A DNA stretch of 63,772 nucleotides, the filler included, from Bigelowiella natans CCMP2755 (lineage: Eukaryota; Protista; Cercozoa): NCBI GenBank assembly GCA_000320545.1. It is 6 parts of 6 records of this genome, joined end to end, with 100 filler letters (N's around TTAATTAATTAA, not from the genome) between each part and the next. Parts side by side here need not be neighbours in the genome. Positions count along the whole stretch, not along the records: positions 9,997 to 36,539 come from ADNK01003132.1; 5 more parts are not named here. One strand, given 5' to 3'. The translations under genes were made by a program, and so were the position numbers. Every line of letters begins with the position of its first letter. Position 1 is the first letter of the stretch. Under the pieces are notes generated by a model. The model had not been told where the DNA came from and ran no database searches. It saw only the letters and a list, made by a program, of their open reading frames with translations. Shown in pieces: positions 13,116 through 31,657 of the stretch.

Positions 13116-15411
13116 ATGCAAAGTTCCTCAAAGACAGCTGTATTCGTCTCCCTTTTGTCGAATTTGCCCCCTCCTCTCTCTTCGATTAACGGCATCGGTA
13201 TTGTCGGCCTCTCAGTACTTTTTGTCGTTGTCGTAGTGTTGTGGTTCCTGTCCTGGCGCATATATCGATGTTACACGTCCATGTTCCCGGAGCCTTGTCG
13301 GGTGACAGACATCAAGCTAGATGCAAAGTCTTACGATTTTGTAATCGTTGGAGGGGGTACTGCTGGATGTATCCTGGCTTCCAGATTGAGCGAACATCGT
13401 GGCAGCACTGTACTTCTCCTCGAAGCGGGCGACCGAGACGATGGGCCTTTCTTTCGCTTGAATCTCCTTGGGGCGACTTTCATGAACACACCCCATCACT
13501 GGAATCTCTGTACGCAGCCCGAATACGAGCTCATCCAAAGTGACTATGATTCTGATAGTAAGTCTGCAAGAGGTAGGATGTTGATTCAGTGTCGTGCAAA
13601 GTGCCTTGGAGGATGTTCTTCACTCAATCTTGCAATTTGGCACCGTGGCCTCCCTGCTGACTACGATCATTGGCGAGATGTTCTTGGGTGCAAAGGTTGG
13701 GGTTGGAAAGATTTGGAACCCTACTTCCAGAAATGCGAGGGGAAAGGCTGTAAGAGGAACCCCAGTGGATTTTTCAGCACTGGATGTCAGCGGTTCATAA
13801 GTGATGCAGGAAGGGCTTTTGAGAAGGCTTGCGCCTCGGTGTTGAACATCTCAATGGTGAAAAATTTCCTCACAGTTCCAGAGAAAGGCGTGGGGCGACC
13901 GTTCCAGATGGTTTTTGCTGATGGAACTCGTTGTAATGCAGTACGTGCTTATCTGACACGAAGAGGGGCAGATGGAGTAAGGGTATGCGACAGACCAAAC
14001 TTAACAATAGCTACCAATGTGCGTGTCTCTAAACTAGGGGCCCTTGATGAAAACGGTTCCGTCAATAACGTGCACTTCAAACAAGGCAAAGACTTTGGTA
14101 TCTTGCACGCGCGGCGGGAAGTTATTTTATGTGGCGGAACAATACACAGTCCCCACCTACTAATGCATTCGGGTATAGGCCCAAAAGAAACTATCGAAAA
14201 TAAATGCCATATCAAGTGCCAGGTGGAGCTTCCAGGAGTAGGCAAAAATCTTAGGGTAATTAGTTGAATAGAAAGACTTTATTCTATATTTGTCACGAGG
14301 ACAAAAGTGAAATTGGTGCTTCATGGTATGGGGATAGTTCTCTGAAATGATGAATTGAAATTGCGCATTAAGTTCTTTCACATTACTATTTTTTGTAGCT
14401 GATGCATTAGCAGCTAGGCTGCCATCTGCGTTGATAAAATTTGTTTCTAGTGTAGATATTTGTCCCATGTTGTTTTTCTTTCCTTTTTTGTGTTTCCTTT
14501 AGGATTTAGCTTCCAGTGGCGTAATCTATGAGCAAAAGCAGCCTTCTATAGACAAGGCTGTGAAAAGAAAACTGAACATAGCAAAATTTGCCCTCGGAAT
14601 GAATTCGCCTCTTCACAGCAACACGATGGATTGCTTTGCTTTTACGTCACTAGAAACGTTGCAACCTTCTACTTCGAATACTTCAACTCTAATCACAAAC
14701 TCAACCACCGCCACCGCTAATTTTGCAGATGTGAAGCATGATAGTTCAGAACGACGAGGAAAGGAAGACAGTCTTGGCGATGAGACTATGAAGCAGGCAC
14801 ATGATCGCAGAGATCGACGTCCCAATGTAATGTTGAGTCTCCAGGCTGCTCGATTTCCATTCGCTTGTGTAGGATCGTACACAAATTCGGTTTCTGATGG
14901 ACAGACAGGAAAGCTGCCAAATGCATTCACAGTACATACAACATTGTTGCAGCCTAAATCTGGCGTGAAAGGTGGGCAAGTGGCAATTGCCAGTTCATAC
15001 CCGTTCTTTCCGCCTACAATATCACATGGCTATCTTTCTCATGAAGAAGATATTAAGAGAATGGTGGAGGCAATTAAGGTTGCACGCAAAGTGGTTCAGT
15101 CGAAAGACTTTGATTTAATAAGAGGAAGGGAATTGTTACCTGGCCCTTCCGTTCAGAGTGATAAAGAGATTGAGATGTATATTAGGCGTTCTGCGTGCCA
15201 TTTTTTTGGAACAATTGTCGGAACTTGCAAGATGGGAATAGATGAAAATGCTGTGGTCGACACCAGCTTGAGAGTTCGGAAGACTAACAATCTCAGGGTT
15301 GTTGATGCTTCAGTAATCCCTTCACCCACAACAGGATTCAATCATTCCACCGTCGCTGCGATTGCAGAAAAGGCTGCCGACATCATCAAAAAACAGTGCA
15401 AATTGCGTTGA
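13116..15411 (+). CDS. GMC (glucose-methanol-choline) FAD oxidoreductase with an N-terminal membrane anchor; exons 13116-14255 and 14503-15411
   Basis: YDFVIVGGGTAGCILASRLSE (GxGxxG), RAKCLGGCSSLN, EVILCGGTIHSPHLLMHSGIG, GVGKNL, GTCKMG and LRVVDASVIP..IAEKAAD. One in-frame GT-AG intron. Confidence 0.95.
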
Positions 15412-15810
15412 TACAATAGTTGATTGTAATGGCAAAAGCAACATTGCAAGATAATAGACACAGAAATATGATATATATATTAGAAAATATAACATATTGC
15501 ATGTCTATCATCAATGAAGTGTTCAACTCCTTCGATCGTGGCTGCACGCTCTTGTGCGCATATCTAGATATTTGGATTTGCAACTAACACCAAAATGTCT
15601 ATCTCTGATGAAATGGCATCTGTTAGGTAACCGTAGTAGTGCACTATCTGCTAGCGCAATGTCCTCTCTGATCGAACTGTCGATCCATGCTAGCAGCATG
15701 CATCAACAGTCCTGAGCTGCGCGATTTTGTCACATCTCAACTTTCATGTCTAGATGTGGCTAGATCTGGAGATCGGAGCGCGTTAGTGGGATGGATGACC
15801 GGCTATTCAG

Positions 15811-15997
15811 CGAAGGTGTACCTACAATAGCATGCCCGAACTAGCGAAATGGACACAGCCCCCATTTTGTCATATGCTTTATCGATCTCATCGCTAGGAG
15901 CAAAGTATATTAATCGAAAGTGTACGTACAATAGCATGCCCGAAATGAACGCAGCCCTCGCTTTGTCATTTGCTTTATCGACCTCATCGCTAGCAGC
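15811..15997. repeat. Diverged direct duplication, about 85-bp unit with period 104
   Basis: cgaa(g/a)gtgtac(c/g)tacaatagcatgcccgaa...ttgtcat.tgctttatcga.ctcatcgctag at 15811 and 15915. Confidence 0.85.
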
Positions 15998-16242
15998 GCC
16001 GGCTGACGACTACTGCTAGACTGGCGCGCGTGACAGTCACATGTGATTCTCATCGATATAATTAGAAGGTTCCTTTATCTTATAGGATCAAATAAGGAAG
16101 AAGAGTGTTCCAATGGGTAAATCCATCAATTGAGATACATGTTTTTTTTCACTATAGACACAGTATATATTATACGTATGTCTATTGTTATCCCAATCTA
16201 GCACTGGCATAGCCAACGAATTGTGAGTTTCGTTGATGAAAT

Positions 16243-17034
16243 TTAGCCAAAGATTTTGATTCCCCTTTTATCTACAAAGAGACCCAGGCACAGAAGACCA
16301 GCTCCCCCAAGCATAACTAATTTATTCGTACGTGACACAGAAGATGCATCTGCTTCGTCAACCGTAGCCTTTACACCGAGGATAGCAGCAAATGAGCCCA
16401 GTAAACCAGCCCCAGGAACGTGATTCATAAGCATTACGACAGAAGCCAACTCTAACTGAGACACCTTGATTTATAATCATTTTATGGATTTTGAGTTTCC
16501 AACAGGTGTCTTTCCTTTTCCATAAAAAAGAAAAATGATGTACTCACCACACTCGTAAAAGATCCTGCATTCAACGGGAACTTGACAGCCGAAATTAAGA
16601 GTCCAGTTGCAGCAGCTTGGGCAGCATAGAACCTATAGTCCCTTTCCCTAAGTAGTTGCATATGTTTGTTACAAAATAAACTGTATTTACCTTCAATGAA
16701 ATGAACGTACATCCTTGTCTTCCGAGGGGTACAAACAAGTACGAGTGTTGGTGGAGAGTGTATAACATAATTAACAAGAAATGTAGGCGTTTCTTAGATT
16801 ACGTCAACGTTTTATGAACAAATGTTTTTAAGCTTAGCTTCTGCTGCAAATAGAGGAGTTTATCTTCCTGCGACAACTAACAACACAGCTAATACATAAG
16901 ACATCTACCGGTACTCGTAGATCTACCGGTACTACTACCAATCGAAGAATATTTGAATAGTCATTTAAAAAACTAGAACGATGATGGGGGGGGAAAAATA
17001 TTATTAAATCTACTACTACTACTACTACTACTAC

Positions 17035-17080
<46 letters not shown>

Positions 17081-17545
17081 ATCTTCCTGTGCCACAGAGC
17101 CTTGAATACTCGTCCTCCTCCGAGTCGGAAATAAGGGGATCATCATCATCATCATCTATCAACTGAGAAATCAATCCTGTTCCGATTTCATCGCTTTCTC
17201 ACCATCATCCATCCCGAGAAGCACATGGATTCTCGCACACAACCGATGGTCATGAGTATCATCACATTCCTTCTGACACAAATCTCCATTGCAAAGAATG
17301 GTAGTAAATGTGATGTGGTAGTTGGGCATTGTGATAAAAGACAATAAGAGTGAGGACAGTCATGGTGCTAGTTAGTAGTGTTAGAATAGTATTATCATAT
17401 GATAATATTGATGATATCCAACCATTATTAAGCCATAATTGATGAGTACATATATTAATACATACACAGGCGTCGTCACTGCGACAGCAGTAAAAACAGC
17501 AACTAGGTCGGCTAGTAGTGCCATAACCACAGCCGGTGGTGGCAT
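16243..17545 (-). CDS. Small multi-exon multi-pass membrane protein of unknown function
   Basis: Exons MPPPAVVMALLADLVAVFTAVAVTTP (ATG 17545), ERDYRFYAAQAAATGLLISAVKFPLNAGSFTS and VSQLELASVVMLMNHVPGAGLLGSFAAILGVK...LGGAGLLCLGLFVDKRGIKIFG*. Middle exons uncertain. Confidence 0.6.
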
Positions 17546-17620
17546 GTTGACAGCTATCAAAGCTACTAGCACTCAAGCACAAAAGCCGCAGTTATTTTTT
17601 GATGCGTCAAATCCCCCAGC

Positions 17621-18626
17621 ATGGCTCACTCCGCCTTGGATCCGTAATAGATAACAAACAAGCAATTAAGCGAGAGAAGATAGAAGAAAGAAGAAAGAAA
17701 CCACATATCACACAAAAACCTACAAAGTTGTTGTACCACATAAAATACTATCACACAAAAACCTACAAAGTTGTTGTATCCACATATGACACTATCACAC
17801 ATAAATCTACAAAGTTGTTGTATCCATCTATTTACATCTGTGCGTACAACTTTTATGCAAATGTAATTCACAATATGAAATATATATTATTCTCATATAC
17901 GCACACTCATGTGTGTGTATGTTGATTTATCATCACTCGATATGATTACATTATAAAGATATATCTGAAGTAGTATCCGTCAATTGAAGAGAGGGTTCTT
18001 GTTCTTCTTTCTTTCTTCCAATACAGAACATAATCAAAGAGCTGGAGCTATTATGTACCCGTTCAACTCAAAACTTTATACTGAGAAAGTATTAGAGTAC
18101 ACATGACAAAAGAAGATGTAGATGTGGTAGTAGTGGCAGTAATAGCAGTAGGATCAATGAGACACTATTTACTAATTTATTATGATTATAGGAATTAATT
18201 TTCGAATTTGAATCTGATATATTCCTTCATATTATCAGAAAACAAACACACAACCTGTGCCGAGTGCAATTCTTCCCTTCCCAGATTATGATGATGCCAT
18301 TCCAAGTACTGCAACTATCGAAGGCTAAATTATTTAACATTTGTTAATAATGTAAAAAAAATTGTCACTCTAGCACAGAATAAAAATAACGACGTAAGCC
18401 ACCACCTGTATTTCTGTTAGATGAGCAGGTAGCATTGCAGTTTGAAGGACCTACGAATCCTTATTCTTTGCCCCCAGAGGTTATAATATATCTTACCTTC
18501 GTTCTAATTGCCATCTGTTTCACCGTGCATATTCATAAAAAGAGAACTAATAATGATATGTATCTCACCTGGCGCTTTGTCTTTAACAAAAAGATACCGC
18601 TGGCACAACACAACATTCTCAACTGA
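17621..18626 (+). CDS. Possible small multi-exon gene of unknown function
   Basis: Candidate exons MAHSALD, NIIKELELL, YDDAIPSTATIE, EQVALQFEGPTNPYSLPPE and IPLAQHNILN*. Not all junction phases resolved. Confidence 0.3.
17706..17826. repeat. About 43-45-bp tandem repeat, 3 copies
   Basis: atcacac(a)aaa(c/t)ctacaaagttgttgta appears three times. Confidence 0.85.
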
Positions 18627-19605
18627 ATGTAAGTTTCTTTTAGAATGTACTATCAATTCTTACACGGTTGTTACCTTACTAACTTTTTGCAGTAGCAGTA
18701 ATTGCCATTGCTTGCTTTCCTCGCGTTGATAAAGAGGCTGGCTGCTACATTAGATGCATTTGTGTTCGTAGACCGACAACAGGGATAATAACAACAACAA
18801 TAAAGACCAGTCGAAGTTATTCAGAAATGAGTGAATACATAGTCAATGTCTATATATCCCTTGAGAATGTCTTATGTACGTCGTTCCTGCAATGAATCGG
18901 CAAGCATTTCGCATCGTAAAGCCTCGCTAGCTCGGCGATTACGTGCCTAAATGCTGGGTCGCAGCATGATGTTCGTGCAATTAATAATTATTATTGTGCA
19001 GATCACATGGACACGCTGTTGCTTGCATCGATCGATGAATCGAAAGCTAGATATCAACATGTGCTCACAATAAGGCTGGAAAGCCTGAAGACTGTTGCGC
19101 CTTCTTGACTTTGAGCGCAATCCGAATATTATTAAGGCAGCATGTCGATGGCATGCACATGCAACCATCCTGTCGTACTGCTATAACGTAAATTAACCAC
19201 ATGTCCATTACTAGATTAGTCATCAGCATTCAGTGCAAATTACACTCGCTTGTGCCACGCGTGCTGTCTTCCCTGCGCATACATGCACGTCTAGACGTGG
19301 ACGAAATCCTCTCACCGCTACGTCAGTACGTCGATCCACCGTTAATAACATATTTTATGCATGTAGCAAACAGCAAACGTGTTCTTTGGTGTGACTGCTA
19401 TATTATTCGACACTGCTACTCGATTACAATATTTCATTCTCTATCATTTGCATTTGCCATTCATTTGAATATGACACAACGAACACTCTTGCCAGCTTGC
19501 CACTGCAACAACTATATGCATCTTATGCTTTTAATAAATGGCCCATAGTCTACACCTGCATCATCCTATTTTTAGTGCATGGCCCATAGATATTATATAT
19601 TCACA

Positions 19606-24611
<5,006 letters not shown>

Positions 24612-24682
24612 CACCACCAGGAATGAGGGAGAGGAGATGGGGGAACTAAGCTTTCAACACATCTGGCATGTAAAGGAGACAC

Positions 24683-24827
24683 TTCTTTCGGTATTATTAT
24701 TGGTCTTTTATTAATACCGGATATATCCTAGTCAATTACATATATTTATACTTTCAACACAATACGATGATGATGTGTCATTTCTTTCGGTATTATTATT
24801 GGTCTTTTATTAATACCAGATATATCC
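24683..24827. repeat. About 46-bp direct repeat (period 99) in the divergent promoter between SNAPC3 and the plastid-protein gene
   Basis: ttctttcggtattattattggtcttttattaatacc(g/a)gatatatcc at 24683 and 24782. Confidence 0.9.
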
Positions 24828-25146
24828 GAGATAGTTTGTTCTATATATTCTACTGGATTGGTCTCCTTTTAAAAGGAGAAATATCATACTAGATTTACAC
24901 AACTTAGTTTGTTCGCACCTCTTTCTCTCGGACACTACCTCCTCACTTGGCATTAAGATCATGCGACATCATTATTTCATGATTTATAGTACAATAAACA
25001 CGTCCATCCGTCCTACCACCGATCACAACAACCTTACAACAACAATCACAACATTAGGGCACACCCACCACCACCACCACCACCACCACCAACACCAACA
25101 CCAACACCAACACCACACATAGGACACAGGACATCACCCAATTCTG

Positions 25147-26724
25147 ATGATGCTGTACCTCGCGTTGATGATGAGGCTCACAATACTTCTTTCAACTCTC
25201 TACCTATCCGTTGCTACACCCTCCTTTTTTGGCATGGCATCGTCATCATTATCATCATCATCATCTCGGCTGTTTACAGGGAGACCGATCGGTCCCAAAC
25301 CACCATTGTTCACCGTAGCAGAGGGTGGTAGTGTGACACTACCACGAACCAGCAGGCTAGGGCGGAGAAGAAGAGCAGATATAAATCGACCCGCTGCTGC
25401 TATGATTGGTGGTTCTGTTCGAACGGCGAACAGTTTCTTAACACTGAGACGCAGCAGAAGTGAATCCCAGCAGCAGCAGCAGCAAACGATTGTTCCTCCT
25501 CCTCGTCATTTTCGTACTACTAGACTATTGTTCGTTTCCGCCTCTAATAATAATGATAGCCCTGCTCAATCAGCAACTGCACAGGAAGGGGATAAAAAAA
25601 CAACCGACGATAAAAACGACATGTCCGCCCCACTAACAAAGGAAAAGGCAGAGACGGCGAATCGTGAGACCTCTGACAAGCTAATTGATGTGTTCTTACA
25701 ACAAGAACAGGATGCGTGGAAGCACTTACTCGGGTTTTCCACACAATGGTGGGAGATGTCTGATGGAGTATTTGCTAGAATTGCAGAGAGAGCAAATCAG
25801 ACAGCCGACCCAAAGGAACAATTAGAACTTCTCCGTCTTGGACGTCAACTAAAAGAGACACATGATGAAGTATTCGAGAACCGTCGCGTTTGGAGGGAGC
25901 TTCGAAACCTCAAACCGGATGAACTTGAGTCTTACGTGTCTGCAAACATGGAAAGAATTGCAACGGATAGCTTCTTTGAGTACCTGAGAGATGTTGTTGG
26001 AAGGGCAGATCATATCGAAGATAATAGTGTTAGTGATCTTGAGCGCAGCCAAGTACGAGATCTTGCTAATAAACTCCTAGACCTTACTCAAGACTTGGCA
26101 ATAGGGGTAGACTCAGAGGTACGTAAGAATATGGAGAACATTCTTCGAGCGGGTTCCAAGGAGGATGCTAAGAAGGAGATCGATAAACTAGCAGAAAGTG
26201 GGGAGCTTGACCCAAGATATCTTGCCCTTATGTCCAAGGTTGTGCTATTATGAAGAAGAAGAAGAGGGAAAAGACCGTTACAGGCCTACTTTTTTAGAAT
26301 TATCATCATCAACCTAATAATTTTGATATGATCTCATCATTTGTTATATCAAGGCATATGCTGGGGGGAAAGACACCTGGTTTACAAAAGAAGATCATGA
26401 AGAAACGACGCTATACATGTATGAACAAATGCGTGTATCGATGCGCAAACAACAGCCTCTGGAAATTCGTCTCTTAAAGTATGATGTATTCATAGTAAGT
26501 AGTAGCAGCAGTTATATCAATGCTAATAAAAACATCATTTAAATTTGATTAATTTGATGTTCGGTTGCTGCCTTCTTTCACCTTTCACCTCCTCCTCCTC
26601 CTCCTCACAAACTTTATCAGCACTACTAACTACTACTACAAATTTCTATTTCTATTTCTACGTATCAGTGTTAACTGCATACGTAAGTGTTTGCCTCTCT
26701 CTTACGTGCAGAAAGCACTTAACT

Positions 26725-26777
<53 letters not shown>

Positions 26778-27243
26778 CAAAAGGTATGTGTTAGCCTTTC
26801 CAACCCCACGAGAACGGAAAGAGGCATTAGAGGAGGTTCTGACTCCAGGTGTAAGATTTGACGATGAAGGATGGTATACTGCAGAGACTACCACTCCAGA
26901 AGCTATGCTTATGAGAGTTGAGGACCTTCTACGAAAGTATAGAATGAATATGAAGAGGTTCGGTGAGTTGGAACCACGCCCTATTTATCGTGCTCTTGAT
27001 AGAAGAGGAGATATGGACAAGGATGATATCATGCGTGATCTCGTTGTAGATTCTGTTTATATGTATGTTCCTGAGGTTATGGAAAGGCTACGAGAGATAA
27101 GGACACTTATTAAGTCGGAATTTGCTGGCCAATTGCCACAAAATAGTAACAACGGAAATCCTCAAGACAGCAGCGGGAAATTGATTGTTACACCAGATAA
27201 CCAGGATGTTCTATTTCAGGGAGATAATTTTATGCCATTTTGA
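25147..27243 (+). CDS. Plastid-targeted At4g37920/At1g36320 (CDB1/CDB1L)-family helical protein with a bipartite leader; exons about 25147-26238, 26354-26478 and 26784-27243
   Basis: Hydrophobic signal peptide, then a long Ser/Arg-rich, acid-poor transit-like region. Mature part has WKHLLGFSTQW..FARIAERA..DPKEQLELLRLGRQL, IDKLAESGELDP, PLEIRLLKY and P.ERKEALE...TTPE, as I recall for this family. Confidence 0.75.
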
Positions 27244-27620
27244 TCAAGATGTAGGTGTATATTTTTGTAAATAATAATATTTTAATGAGGTTCAAGTGAT
27301 AAGGAAGGAAGGAGCGTACATCAACTTTGAGTATTGCATACTTTTTCTTTCTTTCAAATATTATGACTGATATAGTCTCTCACCTCTGCTTGATAATAAT
27401 GTAGCTAAATTTATGCCAATGAAAGTTCGCGAAGTGCCCTAATTATATGTCGTTGTTATAAAAATTGCGCTCATTGCATTTGTAGTATATTTGGGCCTCC
27501 AGATATAGCATATACATATATGAGACGGATGTAATGAGTTGATTAAATTTTCAATTGCCATTCTAATGTAGCGTAGCAATGCAACGGTTACAGCGCTTAT
27601 GTTGTATCAATTTGTTTCAT

Positions 27621-27652
<32 letters not shown>

Positions 27653-28719
27653 TCGCTTTGAATAGTTTTTTGGGGCACTACTTTCTAGCTTTGTGCGGCA
27701 TCGTATGCGATCAACACTTACCATACCACAATGACCGCGATTATGCAGACAATGGATAGAAAATGCAATTTATGCACGCCATCGTTCGCACGTACTGTAA
27801 GTCGCGGGCGAATCACAAACAATGTATTTTGCAAACATTAGCGACATCATTGCTGAAACAAACAGACACAATATGAGCGTTGAAGCCGCGGCCTTGGCAC
27901 CACAATTTGTGAAATTAGTATTGCACAGCTACACGACGTCGTTAGGATGACTATTGAAAATTTACATATTTTGTTACATCCGTCTCACCTATTACAGCAC
28001 ACTTAGCGCTGCTTTGAATAGCTACGATACATTAGGATGATTGTCTCATGCTCATAGTGTATATACTATATCTAAGGTCGTATACTGCTATTGCGACACA
28101 TAGAACATGAAAACATCCATTATTATATCAATTGGAGGGCGTACAATATCGATTGCTTGTGGATACGGCACCAGAAACACTGCTACGCTGCCTTGTGTTG
28201 TACAAGGGGGAAAAGGCCGACGACGACTGCCAGGCAAATTAATTAGCGTATGAATGCGTCATTAATGACTACCATCCATGCTAGTCAATTTATTACGTAC
28301 ACAAGCTGTATAGTCATATACTACAGCACGCAGACGCCATCTAGCTTATCTTTAATTTGTTGCGCATAACCCTAACTGAGTCTAATAGACACGGTTAAAG
28401 ATACCTTATAGTCGGAAAGTTCACGCTGACGTGTGGGCTGCTATCTATCTCATGTTAGATTTTATAATTCGATTTTTCACATTGGTAGATATTGCCGGTT
28501 CTATCCGTTTTTTGTTGTTGCAGACTACATATCCTAGGAGATTGAATGGCATCTTTTTGCGAGACAAAATATAACGCATTCTTTTAGTTAAGGTATGTTT
28601 TTTATCACCCTCATGATTTGTTTGCATAATATTCGAATATTTTTCTTATCTTTTTAATCGTAGATGTCATTGTGATATAATGATGGATCTATGTGATCCA
28701 TAGTTTTGCTGCTCGCACC

Positions 28720-28795
28720 TCAATATCTTGGATCTGAGATATAGATGAAAAGATGTACATGTATGTACGTGTGTGTTTGCGTGTGGTTTGTGTGC

Positions 28796-28829
<34 letters not shown>

Positions 28830-28864
28830 ATAAGTATCTGTAGATGTATATACATAGAGAAGGG

Positions 28865-28911
<47 letters not shown>

Positions 28912-29420
28912 TTGATTATGTCCCTATCCTAACGCAAACCCATTTTGGAGCTCTGTAATCCGAAAGGCATCGGTGATTTCTTTGGAAACTCGCTCGGATT
29001 TAAAAACCCTGGTTTAGAGTCGATGAAGGAGAAAGAGATAAATATAAATTGAAATTTGGTACCCAGCGTTGTATTTAAGAATAAAAGTGAGATTTTGTTA
29101 TCGTTAGTGTTTGTGTCTTCTTGTTAATGAAAAATTCATTACCACAATCACATATTCCAAACTCAAAGGCTGGCTGTCCGTCTTCGTTTATCTACATGAA
29201 ATGCAGTATTACTGTTTGATTTTTTAAAAAATACACATAATAAATTTGGATCAACCTCGCTCCGACGCTCCATTTCCAGGATAATATCCATACCTAATAT
29301 AACTCAGGGCTTAAAATATCATTCGTCATCAACCATGCTGGGCAATTCGAGGAAGAGAATATCATTCAGCGATAAATTTGAGATCCCAAAATTTAATGAA
29401 CTCTCGTCAATGTTAATGAT

Positions 29421-29508
<88 letters not shown>

Positions 29509-30391
29509 TATGTACATCATTTGTTTACTATGTAGTTGACATGTTATATCATATTATCTAGATTATTCCTGCTTTATACTTGCGAATTCTGTACTAGCAT
29601 AATCTTATAGTGATCTCATTTCTATCAATTACTCTGATCTCTTTGATTTTGTGATGAGCTATTGTTGCATATGTAAATATAGAGTAATTGATCATAGTTG
29701 CCTTGCAAAACTCGACCAATCTGTGTACTCTTCACTTTGGTATCATTAACGCCCTGCAGAACAAGGAAAAATAAGCCAAATTTTTTTAAAAAAATTCTCA
29801 AATGGAGATAATTACCCCGGAACAAATAAATATGTAATATGCATTGATCTGTCATAAGTAACTTTTTGTAATTCTCTATGATTCCTAGTAATCCAGTAAA
29901 TGCAAATTTTTTATATCATTATTTTTGCTCATAATCTATATCTGTACTCACATTAACTCCAGTGGAAATTATAAATCGAGTATCATGATATCCTCCACTT
30001 TCGCCTGGCATCTGTTGCACTATGCCTAACGTAGTCAAAATAAAAGCATAAAATAAAATGAAGCTACTAAAACTGAATACGAGTATCTAAAATTGTTCAC
30101 TATTCATCTCTGAAAAACATTAAATGAAGTGAGTGGAATTGTCTATTAGATACGTGTGCGCGACACATACTCAGTGAATATTCTATTGTATTCTTATTTT
30201 CCCACCAGTCCGTCATTTTAATATCTCTTCTTTCACTTCATATTTCACCTATCTGTCCTGGTCCTTTCATGGAAATGCTTCCCTCGAACTAAATATTTTT
30301 TCGCAAACAAAATTCTTAATCAAAGTAAGATTAAATATTTTACTGGCAGTAACACTACAATAAATTTTGTGTATCAGTTTAGTAACAGAGC

Positions 30392-30422
<31 letters not shown>

Positions 30423-30918
30423 TTTATTTTTATTGTTGTTGTTATACCTGTGGCGGTATAAGTGGAACACCTAAATTATCTGATACGCTAAGTAGAGCTC
30501 CGCCTAGTAGGTACCTGAACAAAAACACCATATATTTATCTAAATTTTATCTATCTATCATATAATAGAAGGCTTTTTTAAGTGCTACTTCTAACATTAT
30601 TATTTCTATTACTTTGAAGATGAGGGAATATGTTCATAATATTATCATTCAGATGGGAAAACATATATCATCAAACGATCTGCAAGCTTACATCGTCGAT
30701 TGATACCAAAAAGAAAGAAATTGTTAAATCATATATAATTTACACACTGCTACATGCATGCACATACACATAAGTACATGAATATAACCTTGCTGGCTCT
30801 ATTCGGTGTATTACTGAATCATTGTATCTTTCATTGAGGAGGATTTACACAGCATTTTCCCCAAATTATTAGATGATAGTTCTTCGAAGTTTCATTCACA
30901 TATGTAACCTCCTCTCTT

Positions 30919-30956
<38 letters not shown>

Positions 30957-31359
30957 TGCTTTCATGTTAAGGTAACCCAAATCTTCTTTGCACATATATG
31001 TATATGCAAATGGGATATAGTTACTTATTCATTGATGTAAATTTAAGTACCGACACATTTTTAGATGCAAACTACCCGATTTTCCTCACTAGTGGAACTT
31101 CTTCTTTTTCAGCTAAGATACTGTGGTGCCTGAAATATTATGTTGAAAAAGAGTTGGAAGAATTGATGGGAACAGAATAAAAAATTGATTGAGAGATAAG
31201 AATCATTTTAATAATGCTAATCTCTAAATTTATTCAATTATGATATTCTTTAACAACATACATATCTCCGCGAATCAAATCCTTGAAGTAATCCACCTTA
31301 AATAACAATATGGAGGCAGCAACAAGAGAGTATTCACACCACAAACAAATATATATATA

Positions 31360-31393
<34 letters not shown>

Positions 31394-31474
31394 TTTACAA
31401 TGTCAGTGTAGCATAAATGAAACACATATTGATATAATATTATCGTATATATGTAAATATACATATATGCATAT

Positions 31475-31524
<50 letters not shown>

Positions 31525-31618
31525 TTTCACAGGAACACACACAACTCATTCATGCATACACAGGGCAGCAGACAAGCAGACAGATACGATCCTGTATATC
31601 ATCTGCAAATATGGAAAC

Positions 31619-31657
<39 letters not shown>

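Noticed and set aside
30828-30850. In-frame TAA upstream of YNDSVIHR suggesting stop-codon reassignment
   Set aside because: An AAG acceptor at 30828-30830 gives the correct phase (KIG-YNDS), so the TAA is intronic; other genes end with normal stops.
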